Assembly (NCBI RefSeq): GCF_001194135.2
Contig: NC_068984.1
Location: forward strand, 14,165,921 to 14,229,879
Direction: 5' to 3'
Length of the DNA stretch: 63,959 bases
Origin: Octopus bimaculoides
Taxonomy: Eukaryota
Part shown: positions 25,203 to 36,952 of the stretch, piece after piece
Numbering within the stretch: position 1 is the stretch's first letter
How the letters are laid out: every line of letters starts with the position of its first letter
Notes under the pieces: model-generated
Database searches by the model: none
Told to the model about the DNA's origin: nothing
Seen by the model: only the letters and a program-made list of their open reading frames with translations
Position numbers and translations under genes: made by a program

Positions 25203-25270
25203 GTATACACACATACATACATACATACATACACACGCACATATGTATGTACACACACATATCGGCACAC
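24990..25270. repeat. CA/TA/CATA microsatellite block duplicated across a 10-N gap
   Basis: About 25030-25145 recurs at about 25156-25270. Confidence 0.85.
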
Positions 25271-26633
25271 AAGTGTGTAACATAACGCTTACAATATTCA
25301 TTCATGACTTTATATAAATTATTCTTTTACGTATGCATGAAAAAATAACGTGTGAGTGTCTGTGTATGTATATGCATATATGTGTTTTTTTATATATGTA
25401 TATACATACACATAACACACACACACACACATACAAATATATATGTATGTATATGTGTGTGTGTGTGTATGTATATATGTATACATACTTAACAGATAAA
25501 TAGATGTTGATATAGACATATATACAGTATCAGAATTAGAGGGATATATATATACATATGTACGTGTGTGTGAGTGTGTGTGTGTCTGTGTGTGTGTTAG
25601 TGTGTAAAGGGAGAAGGCGGAAAGAAGGGGAGAAGAGAAATATATACAAGTAACATTATTGCACATAATCATAAGTAGATTCCAATATGACGACGTTCTT
25701 ACACATATACTTAGGCGTATTCATGTAACATAACCTTACAACTCGACATGCGAGACACATACACGGGCAACGCGTTCACACTCAGAGAGAGAAAGACAGA
25801 GAGAGAATGAGAGATGTGAGATACGTAAGTAGAGAGGCACACATATAGGTGTGTATGCGTGTGTAAGATGTAGGTATATATGTACAAGGGCGCATATGAA
25901 AGTACAGCCTTACACACAAATACAGAGAATGAAAAACTGGGAAATACAGACACAGACAAGGTAAATTATCGAACGGAGAATGAGAAAAGTGTCCTTAAAA
26001 TAATTTCAACACTATAAACAGGAGAAAGGGCAAAAGTTAAAAATAAAATTGTAAAGGTCTGAATGTATTTAAAAGGGTGAAATACTCGAAGCAATAACAC
26101 CGAGAAAAGAGAGAACAAGGGGAAAAGAGTGAGTAAGGAGAAGAAGAAGAAAAAAGAGGAAATATGAAGTATAATGGTAACAGAACGTGGGCGATCTAGT
26201 TTGAAGTGAGTAAAAGACTGTTTGAGAGAAGAATGTGAATGAGAGGAACGAGGGGGGGGGCAGACAATCGGAAGGGGACGATAAAGAAGTGGTGTTAAAA
26301 TATTTTTGTAAAGGGACATTATATGGAAATAAAGAAGTATTGAAGGGATAGAGACATTTTGGGAGGGAGGTAGAATGAGAGAGTGTGGAGTGTATGAGAG
26401 AATAATATACTTACACGGTTTACAAATGAACAGCGAAGCAATATGTGTGTGTATGCATATATGCATATATGCACGATCTCGCACGTCATAACGCACATAC
26501 ACACGCGCACATACAGACATACACGCAAAGATACACACACATGTATGTGATTGTGGGGAAAAGACTTCAATGCAAACGTTTCTTTGTGGACTACAATGAA
26601 ACACACACATACATATATAGATACATATATATA

Positions 26634-26665
<32 letters not shown>

Positions 26666-26855
26666 NNNNNNNNNNNNNNNNNNNNNNNNNNNNNNNNNNN
26701 NNNNNNNNNNNNNNNNNNNNNNNNNNNNNNNNNNNNNNNNNNNNNNNNNNNNNNNNNNNNNNNNNNNNNNNNNNNNNNNNNNNNNNNNNNNNNNNNNNNN
26801 NNNNNNNNNNNNNNNNNNNNNNNNNNNNNATATATATATGTATATATATATATAC

Positions 26856-26886
<31 letters not shown>

Positions 26887-27558
26887 TATGTATGAATAAG
26901 TAAAGTATGTGTGAAGACACAAACGGAAGCACAGACACACTCACACGTACATCCGCACACGCAGATATATAGAGGGTGACTGAGAGGGGCAAATAATAAA
27001 GTGAAATTGTCGAGAATAGGAAGAAAATATGATGGCAGGAAACTGAAGGAGAAGAAAGCAAAAATATTCTCAAAAAATCTAACAAATAATCCATGAAAAA
27101 TTTATATAAATTTGTAGTAAATGAAGCAGTTATTAAGAGTTATAAAGGAGAAAATGAATATAATATAGTAATAAAATAAAATCAATATTTTGTGGGTGAA
27201 GTAAAATAAATCAATTATCGATAAATTGAAAATAATCAATTGTTATTTCGTTTCGCAATGTTACTATGTTACTTTTCACAGCCATTGGTAACGGCCTAAC
27301 TGTAGCACATTTGGTGAGTGATTATAGTTTCGTAACAATATTTTACACAAGTATACACAAAAACACAGACGCAGATGTGGGCATATACACACGGACACAT
27401 ACACAGATACACAGATTCACATACACGTACATGCATACACACACACACACACTCTTTGCGACAGACATATATATATAGTGTCGTTCCCTTATCGTTACAA
27501 TGAAAACAGACGTATACATGCACACATATATATCAATATGTATCCATATATTTATATA

Positions 27559-27568
<10 letters not shown>

Positions 27569-27655
<87 letters not shown>

Positions 27656-27676
27656 CGAGAGAGATAGATAGAGAGA

Positions 27677-27732
<56 letters not shown>

Positions 27733-27735
27733 GAG
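27569..27735. repeat. (TA)n followed by (GA)n microsatellite
   Basis: Visible repeat. Confidence 0.95.
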
Positions 27736-28457
27736 AAAGTAAAGTCTATTTGCAAACGTAAAAATTAGAATGGTGCAACTATATCTTTTAGCTCGAGGGA
27801 AAACATCTTTCCCAGCTGGCTATCAATGCACAACTATATCATTAGACCTTGAACAAGGGAGCTAATATCTCTACTCAACCATAAACTGTACCTGCTGACC
27901 ATTGGTTTTGGGGCTTTTTTCTCTTCCTCAGCACAGAATAGCTGTTGGTTGGAGATGGTAGCACATAGCCTTGTTCGAGGTATATTCTTTTAAAGTGACA
28001 CACAGTTACTGATCTCGTAAGGAGAAAAAACAATTAGTTTTAAATCTTTGAGCGAGAACTATGTAGTAACAGTATTACAGAATGAAGTCTATTTGCGAAA
28101 GTAAGGTGGCCGTCCTGCTCAGGATGATGTTATCACCTTTTTCTAGCCTCAGGAAAACATCTTTTCCAGCTGACCATCGACGCATATATGTGTGTGTGTG
28201 TGTGTGTGTGTATGTGTGTGTATGCATAAATACATATATATTTAGTTCCTACGTACGTTTCACTGTTGTAATTATAAATGTTGAGATAACTAGACAAAGA
28301 AAAGAAAGTAGCTTGGTTCAGTCTCTGATTCCCTACATCTATAGACCACGGGGTATTGAAATACAAAGATAATTTGAATGATTTACAATCGAAAACAACC
28401 AGATGTCCGCGATCCTGGGCAGGATATCGTTTAATTGAAACATATTCACACGCCTCA

Positions 28458-28482
28458 TACACACACACACACACGCATACTC

Positions 28483-28560
<78 letters not shown>

Positions 28561-28566
28561 GCACAC
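28458..28566. repeat. (CA)n microsatellite
   Basis: Visible repeat. Confidence 0.95.
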
Positions 28567-28589
28567 GAAAACACCTATCAAGTGCGAGT

Positions 28590-29290
28590 TAGGTAGCTTC
28601 AAGGGGGAGCTAGGCAGCGAATTCGTAGAAATTCTCCGCCAACCACTTCTAAAGCTTTCGTGTGTTATGGCAAGAAGCCAAATCCGGCTGCCTCACATAT
28701 GAACTCCCAGCACCAACCTCCTCCATTCATGATATAACCACAGTCTCCAACAGTTTCACATGGCCGTCTGAATTGTGCCCTTTTCAAAGATGCGCCCGAA
28801 GTCCATCTCAGTACGAGGGAGGGGACTTAATTTTCTGATAGGTAGGACATTACATGGGTTACAGGCAAACTATCTTTTGTGTTGGGTGTTGTGCAACTGG
28901 CCCTGGCAGAATTTCTTTTCACCTGAGCAGAAGCAGATCATCGCCGGTTCAACAAGATGGCTTATTTTATTCATGACTTTCTATACCTTCGTAAAGCGGT
29001 TCTCCTTGCCCTTGGCTGTCAGAATTCGTCCTTTTATGCCTATTTTATGAATGGTAGCTAAAGTCCTTATGGAGAGTCAGCTTCATAGTGGTGACTTCAA
29101 TACCTATCTCTCCCGCAAAAGCTTAGATTCCCTTGCTCGGATATTCTTTGACCATGTCCTGCAGTTGTTGCAGGAATTTCAGCGTACGGCCATAGGCAGA
29201 ACGCCCACTGTGTTCCTTCCTGCTGGCCACGGCTTCATAGTCTCCGATGCAGCTCTCCATGTCACGTCCTTACTGCCTTTACGGTGTTCA
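28590..29290 (-). mobile_element. Decayed Tc1/mariner-superfamily transposase, maT/DD37D-like
   Basis: Manual minus-strand translation across stops and frameshifts: RKEHSGRS..RTLKFLQQLQDMVKEYPSKGI..KENRFTKV*KVMNKISHLVEPAMICFCSGEKKFCQGQLHNTQHKR..VKLLETVVIS*MEEVGAGSSYVRQPDLASCHNTRKL*KWLAENFYEF. This parallels the FFSDEK and QQDSAPCH motifs I recall for maT-type transposases. Confidence 0.8.
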
Positions 29291-29384
29291 CATATCAACT
29301 AGAATCAGTCACGACCTCGACATTTTGATATCAGTCGTGGATCATCAGGACACAGGTAACGCTTTTCAATATTCAGATGGATTC

Positions 29385-29462
29385 GTCCGTCTTAACTTTC
29401 TGATTTCAAAATCCGCCGTGATCGACTTTGCCTTTAATCCTTTCGGAGTCGTTAAAATATTG
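29385..29462 (+). mobile_element. SINE family A core fragment
   Basis: TTCAAAATCCGCCGTGATCGACTTTGCCTTTAATCCTTTCGGAGTCG. Confidence 0.7.
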
Positions 29463-29843
29463 TGTATGTCAAAATGTCGACTTTTTTTTTTCTTAGAGAG
29501 CGCGATGACTATGTGTGTGTGCATATGTCACAGATATCGGACGTGTGGTTTTGTTGATTGACACGCCATGACATTCATTATATATGTGCATTTTGTATGT
29601 GTGTATATGTGTTGACATCAGAAGGCATTTTTTTTCGTCAAGAAATAACAAACAAAAGTTGTGTTCAATCGTTTAAGTAGAAGTCTAAATATCACAAACA
29701 TTTGTACTGCATTGCCGAAGGTAAATATGAAAATAAATATGCAAAAAAAAGTTAAGATAGAATATACTATTTTTGAGATATTTCGGGTACACACAAACAT
29801 CCTTAGAGTTTAAGCATTATTGAAATACATGCATACATATATT

Positions 29844-29886
<43 letters not shown>

Positions 29887-30444
29887 GCACACACACGCAC
29901 GCACGAACACACGCGCGCACACACATGACTGGCTTTTGCTCCGTTGGGGACTGTAAATTCCGTTCATGAATTATTGATCACGCTGGGGCAAAAATAGACA
30001 ATCTTACCTAAGATTCTACGCATTGTGCCTTAACTAACAACCACTGGCGCAAAACGAATTTATAACACACACAACCTTATTTGAGCCGGGAGTGATCATG
30101 ATTGAGGAAATCTGTGGTAAATTACTTTCACCCAGTGGCATTACTGCCAGATACAGTACTGCGTTTGAAAGCAAATTAACAAAAGTGTCGTTCCTTTTTT
30201 AGTAAGGCCGTTGATGTAAATTTGGGAGCTTTTTGTAACAATTGAAATAATCATGTGGAAGGTCTCCTATACCTTTGCTGCTTTTTATGTATTACAATTG
30301 CATCCTGTTTAGAATGTAACAGTCTGGTTACAAATTTCTCTCGGCCGTAAATCTTGTCTACCAAGCTCTTCTCGCCAGTAAATGCAATAATCATTCGTCA
30401 GAATACGAGCTTATATTTGTAGAGAGAATAGGAATGGGAGATAC

Positions 30445-30658
30445 TAGTTTCAAATTTTGGCACAAGACCAGCAATTCCGCGGGAGGGGGTAAATCGATTA
30501 TATCGACCCCAGTACTCATCTAGTACTTATTTTATCGACCCCGAAGGAATGAAAGTTAAAGTGAACCTCGGCGGTATTTGAACACAGAATGTAACGATGA
30601 ACGAAATACCGTTACGTATTTTGCCCAGCGCGCTAACGATTCTTCCAACTCACCGACT
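30445..30658 (-). mobile_element. SINE family A, full length
   Basis: Reverse-strand head, core (AAAGTGAACCTCGGCGGTATTTGAAC), ATCGACCCC motifs and GGCACAAGACC tail. Confidence 0.85.
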
Positions 30659-32482
30659 TAAAGGAATGGAACATATTGATTAGTAAGATAAGTGAAATGA
30701 ATACAAATAATAATCGCAACTTATCCTGAGATGTAACACAACTTAAACCTAGCTTTACTTTAGCACGTTCGATACCAATATGCAAAGCAGGAATTCTATT
30801 ATGAACGAAGCCTTTTATTTTCAACGGAACCTAAATATGGTGGTGTGAACTCCGTTGTTTTTCGAAATGCATTATCCCTGTTAACAGAACGAAATATCAT
30901 GCCATCGATTAACCAATAACAATACAAGTGAATAAATAACTGGCCTGTATATTTCCACTCACCAGAAATGGTCGGTAAAATTTAATCAGCAATCTTTCTT
31001 AATTTCCCTTTTGTCGTAAGCAATGTCCCAACCGATGATGACCTTATAGGGAATTTAATATATGGGCGATGATTATGTTGTACTGTTCGATATAAGTTCG
31101 ATTAGAATATGTGGAGACAATAGTCTTTTCTTTAAGATATAGTAAAACCTGGCCGACTTTCCAAAACAGGATAATAGATAACTATATTGTTTGGCCTTGC
31201 CAACAAATTATATATATTATCTTTAGATTGAGGTTTGTATTCGGACTTCGTTTTTAATATGTCTTCATAGATTTTTGCTTCTTTACTTTTCATTATAAAT
31301 TACCATTGTTTCGTAATTGGCTTCAACAAATCAAATTATCGTCTAACACGCATACCCCAGCCCATATTCAGATATAAAAGTTCTCTAAAAGAAAAGAAAA
31401 AAAAGTAGTATTATCATTTCCTAGCATAGCAACATGCATTAACAGATGGCTTGATACAAAGTCCAGCACGCACGCATGCGCACACACACACACACATATA
31501 TGTTCTGTCGCTCTGTTCCCTTGAGGTTTGCGTATTAAACTTCTTATTTCTGACTTGCTGATGGTCATCAATGAGTTACATCTCTGATTCACTTATCCGT
31601 ATGAAATCTCACGTTATTAGACAGTAAGGCACTAGTTTTCCTTTTACAATTCCCTCTTTCTCTGCATAGGAGCCTAGCTATAAAGTAATCACTTTAATTC
31701 CTATGCCGTCGTAATTATAAGTTACCATTCGGTCCGAGTGACCTTTTAGATGTAATATTCATATACACTCAATAAATTAGTCTTTAGTCGTCCAACAAAC
31801 AATTCGAGAGACATAACTAACTACCAAACAACACGCTAATTCTAACACCCAATATTCATATTCAACCAAATGCAGTCACGTAATTGAAGTATGACGTGTA
31901 CATACGGATAGTACAACATTAATTTCTAGAAAAGGAACCCGATCCACGCCACGCAGAGAATGTCCTTTCAGGTACCTTAAAAATCACATATAACAATGTC
32001 AAATATTCACGAAGTTTACTTAATTCCAAAAATATTTAAATCTAATAATAATCCAATAAAGTTTACTTAAATCCAATAATCCTTGGTTTTGGTTCACCAT
32101 CTTATGTGAGTAACCAGTTACTAATAATACACAAGAAGGGAGTAATTGACTTGATGATACAGTAACGTAACGGGCGGAATTTAGTTTTGCTCTTTGTTTT
32201 CAATTGAAATCCCTTGCTACCAGAACGTGATTTTCATCTATCCGAGTTAGACACAACGTACACCAACCAGTGCTGAATCCAACCAACTAAATCCATCTAC
32301 AACTTATGTATATTTCACATAATTCATTATTGTAGTTACGCGATTGTTTCCAATACGAAACTGCAATACACTATCTCTGGCTATTGAGATATTGACATAG
32401 AAGAATGTTTATGTAACTGCATACAAGAGCGCGTGTGTGAGTGTGTGCGTATATATAAACATATACATGGACACACAAACAC

Positions 32483-32563
<81 letters not shown>

Positions 32564-32574
32564 TATATATATTC

Positions 32575-33063
32575 TTTTCTTTTTTCGTTCGTTGTTTCAG
32601 TCAGTTGACTGCGGCCATGCTGGAGCAACACTTTTAGTCGAACAAAGCGACCCCAGGACTTATTCTTTGTAAGCCTAGTGCTTATTCTATAGGTCTCTTT
32701 CGCCGAATCGCTAAGTTACGGGGACGTAAACATTAACATCGGTTGTCAAGCGATGGCGAGGTACAAACACGGACACACACACATACACACACACAAACAC
32801 ACACATATATATATATACATATATANNNNNNNNNNNNNNNNNNNNNNNNNNNNNNNNNNNNNNNNNNNNNATATATATATATATATATATATATATATAC
32901 GACGGGCTTCTTTCAGTTTCCGTCTACTAAATCCACTCACAAGGATTTGGTCGGCCCGAGGCTATAGTAGAAGACACTTTCCCAAGGTGCCACGCAGATG
33001 GACTGAACCCAGAACCATGTGGTTGGTAAGCAAGATACTTACCACACAACCACTCCTGCACCT
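32575..33063 (-). mobile_element. SINE family B, full length (best copy)
   Basis: Head 33063-32898 (GGTGCAGGAGTGGTTGTGTGGTAAG..GGGTTCAGTCC..GGCACCTTGGGAAAGTGTCTTC), internal TA/CA microsatellite with gap, complete tail 32770-32575. Confidence 0.92.
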
Positions 33064-33264
33064 ATAACCAGTTTTTTTGTTGTTCTCTTTTGTGGTGGCG
33101 TTTCGAATTAAAGACGTACAAGTTGAGACCTAAGAAGAAATTTGATGAAGCTGACTAATGAAGTTTATAGTATTCAGCTACGTAGCTAAGATAATATTTT
33201 TCAATAATTAATGCTTTCTTCGCGCTGATTATTATTTATGAATAATTATCATTTATGTGAATGA

Positions 33265-33400
33265 AGGCGCGAGGCTTAGCATAGTGATCACTATCAATAG
33301 CCCTGAATTCGTTTCTGGACTGATAGTGTGTCATTTCCTTGAGCAAGACACTTCATTTTATGTTGCTTCATTACAATCAGCTGAAAGTAATTACCAATGT
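33265..33400 (+). mobile_element. Diverged family C-like SINE 5' half
   Basis: GGCGCGAGGCTTAG..TTCCTTGAGCAAGACACTTCATTTTATGTTGCT..TCAGCTG. Confidence 0.55.
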
Positions 33401-33879
33401 TACGTGGATAATAATTTTGTACCATTCGTAGGTGTGCATTTTACTCCCAGCTTAAAAGACTTGAGAATCTGGGTAATCTCCGGCCTCATAAGACGCGGTT
33501 TGAAGCAGACGCAAGCGTTTGTTCCTCTGTACATAAAAACGTGTCAGAAACAAACTGAGTATTTTAATTTGAATTAGATGAAAAAAATGTTCCGGTCATT
33601 AAACAATAAATATTCATTTGTATGTCATATTTTGGTTATTTAAGAGACCAATTATAAGACGACGATATTTAAGCAATTACTATATATTAAAGATTGCAGT
33701 GTTTCAGGAGACGTCATTTTAGTAAGAAGAATATAGATTTATGTTTGTTCATTTCGCTTCTTAAATATACGTTTCTACACTTACAGAAAAATATCTTAGT
33801 AATTTAGATATATTAGATAGACATCGTATTAATTTATCAGGAGTTTCAGTGACTTGTGTCATTTCAATAAAAGTATTAG

Positions 33880-34381
33880 CCATTTTTCTTACCGTACTGT
33901 GACTGATCCCATTGACTTGAACTTACTGCTACAATTTGTCAGGTCAAGCATTCAAGAAGTCTTTCAAAATGAGAAGCTTTATTTCACGCAAGATGGTGCA
34001 TCTCTACACAACCACAGATGTGTATGGTCCCCTATTGATGGGGTTTTGTAGTACAGGCGGATTTGTTAAGCAGCTTCAATAGAATACCTTCCGTATTCCC
34101 CGGAGCAACACCACCAAACATTTTTTATGGCAATTCTTAAAAGATAAAGTTTACAGCACTAAAATGGCAACGGTCGACGAACTGAAGGTTCTCATTGACC
34201 GAGAATACGCACAAATATCGAACGAAATGTTTCTCGATGTTTCCCGTAATTAGTTGTGTCTGAACTAAAATATTTATAAGCTTGAAAACAGATGATCATA
34301 GAAATATTTAACTTTGTGTGTAGATCCATACAAGTAGAAAGATATATTTTTCAACGCGTAATTTCTGATAGAACAGCGTGT
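33880..34381 (+). mobile_element. Decayed Tc1/mariner-superfamily transposon, 3' half
   Basis: Translation: TVTD..LYFTQDGASLHNHR..IEYLPYSP..FLWQFLKDKVYSTKMATVDELKVLIDREYAQISNEMF, matching the QDGA and P.SPDL.P.DFFLWG.LK motifs. Ends in a TIR-like ..CAGCGTGTA. Confidence 0.8.
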
Positions 34382-34513
34382 ATAGGATAAAATCCTTACA
34401 GAGCAGAAAAATCTGTTAGCAACCAGCCATGGTTGAAAAAATATTTTTTTGTACTTGTACGACAATACACTTCAGCGCTCCAAAAACGAACTTATGCTTG
34501 TTTACATATGAAG

Positions 34514-34544
<31 letters not shown>

Positions 34545-34547
<3 letters not shown>

Positions 34548-34710
34548 TGGTAATCTACAAAAAAAGACGAAGACAGGTGTATAAACAAGGAATATGTGAA
34601 GATGAGAAAGTCTTTTACGTTTCGAGCCTACGCTCTTCAACAGAAAGGAAAATGAGAAAATAAACAGAGAGACAATAAAAAAAGCTTTAGTGGCTAGCGG
34701 TCGATGATGG
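34545..34710 (-). mobile_element. Short Penelope-like terminal fragment carrying a hammerhead-like motif (family E)
   Basis: Inferred from the hammerhead architecture. No ORF remnant seen. Confidence 0.45.
34612..34647 (-). ncRNA. Minimal type I hammerhead-like motif, A6U core variant
   Basis: CUUU-CUGUUGA-A-GAGC-GUAG-GCUC-GAAAC-GUA/AAAG: 4-bp stem I, 4-bp stem II with tetraloop, palindromic ACGU stem III. Confidence 0.55.
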
Positions 34711-34711
34711 A

Positions 34712-34745
34712 GGCTGGCTGGCTGGCTGGCTGGCTGGCCGGCTGG
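34712..34745. repeat. (GGCT)n microsatellite
   Basis: Visible repeat. Confidence 0.9.
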
Positions 34746-35057
34746 ACGGAGGTGGTGAGACAGCAGAGCTAGGAAGGAGGGGAGATAATAAAGTGGTGGT
34801 GATCCCAAAACGAAAGTGCGCGTGCGAATGTATGTGAGAGTAAGTGTGTGCGTGTGGATTGAGGCTGGTGTCCTTGACGTGTGGACGTGTGCATGTCTAG
34901 GTGTGTGGATGTGCTCACGTTGATATATAAAAATATGCACAAATAGAGATGTAGAGAGATAGTTACATTGAGAGATAGATAAGTAGATAGATGGGCGGTC
35001 AGAAAGACAGACAGACAAATAGCTAGCTAGATCGAAAGACTGAGAGACAGCAAGACT

Positions 35058-35114
<57 letters not shown>

Positions 35115-35119
35115 GTAGG

Positions 35120-35170
<51 letters not shown>

Positions 35171-35180
35171 NNNNNNNNNN

Positions 35181-35227
<47 letters not shown>

Positions 35228-35238
35228 TGTGTGTGTGT
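35058..35238. repeat. (GATA)n, gap, (GCGT)n microsatellites
   Basis: Visible repeat. Confidence 0.95.
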
Positions 35239-36699
35239 GAAGCAAGCATCTAGAAGTGAGGCTCGAATCGAATTTCATTCTCCGATTACTTTCATATATA
35301 GATAGAGCCTGTGGAACAAGAGTCACAACACTTTTAACAAACGACTGCCATCAAACCAGCAGTCAGCCATTATTAACCGTGAGATGCCAACCAATTCTAT
35401 ACGCAAACGCCAGGAAACGCTTAAAGTGATGAAAAATATGAAATGCCAACGAAAACTCCGGGTGTGTACGTTCGATGCTTCAGCGACCTTTCTAACTATG
35501 ACATTTCTCATTTCAAATATCTACGAGTAGATGACAGTTGCCATCCCCTGCACATTCTTGCTGATAAACAATCGGCTTGTTAGGTAGCATTGAATGGGAA
35601 AATTCATGGATATATCTGCTGCCACATTATCGCCGCTAGATTAAAAGTGATAACAGTCTATTGTCATATCTTCAGCTGATGTGCGTTTCGCTAAGTGATA
35701 TGGGAGAGAATTTTGAACTTTAAAATTTCTCCTATAACGCTTAGTGTCAATATATTTAAGATATTAGTTCATTTCACATTTAAGTTACTAACCCACGGTT
35801 TAGTATTTAATTAATTCACATTGTGTAATTGTATATTTGAAATGTTATCTATATTTATAATCTCTGAAATCTGCTACTTATCTATTTCCTCCTAGCTTCA
35901 ATAGTTAGCATTGAATGCAACTTAGAGTTCCATGTGTCACAGAGTTACAATGGTTTAAACGATGTTGTATTTACTTATTTATTTTGATCTGATGAAAAAT
36001 GACTTAAGTGCTCCGTAAGGTTAATCTACTTGAACTATATAACTAAATCATTCGGCAATATCTATCGCTTTCGCCCAACCAATTCGTTGATTTCTTTGTG
36101 GAAATTGAAAGTAAATTTAAATTGATATAGCATTAACTCTTGCTCACTGATAGCTCTACATATAACGATCTTTCCATCTTCCATTCATTGCACTGATGTT
36201 GTTGTTTTACAGAGCCGTGATTAGAAAAGGTGGATTCAATAGACACTCATGAGTCGTACATAATAAACAGAGCTGTTCTACTTGCGCTCGAAGATCTACA
36301 CACAGAAAACGAGTGAGCCTCTATGTGATACGTGACGAGTTAGTAATACAAAGCATGCCTTATCATGTTCAGAAAAGAACTCACTGAATACTCCATCATG
36401 TGGGAAAATACACATGCGATGAATATGACAGGAATAGCTTATTATTTTTTAAGTTAACAGTTTCGAAAATATGCATGGCTCACTATAGACAGCACATATG
36501 TTTCACCCTCTCTCTCTCTTTCTCTCTCTCTATATATATATACTTTATCATTTCACCCTTTTAAAATTCTAAGTATTCTGAAGAGGTTTAGCCACACCTG
36601 AGGGATATTAAATGCTTGCAAAGTGAAAGAAAAATTGGGCTCAGATCTCTAGTATATGGTACCCCACTTATTCTCATATAAAGTAGACTTGCATCCTGT

Positions 36700-36890
36700 A
36701 CTCTTCAGTATATTGTGCAACTTCCTAAGTGCCGTCAAGCACATTACAGTACCAACTTCTTCCCACGCACTTCTGAACTTGTTTTCCTCTTCAATATGAC
36801 CTCCAGTCGTCACCTATTGACTTCTGTCTAGCGTCCATTTTATTCTAGTTGCGTTTTCAGTGGTCTAAGGAACTTGTAACGAGCGGAAGC
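36700..36890 (+). mobile_element. Possible CR1/L2-type LINE 3' relic
   Basis: Translation HYSTNFFPRTSEL resembles the terminal Y.NSFFPRT..LWN motif of CR1/L2-group ORF2. Short and weak. Confidence 0.3.
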
Positions 36891-36908
36891 TTTAAAAACT
36901 ATATATCT

Positions 36909-36952
<44 letters not shown>

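Noticed and set aside
25020-25270. Direct duplication around a 10-N gap (likewise 44340-44420)
   Set aside because: Most likely unmerged overlapping contig ends rather than a biological repeat.
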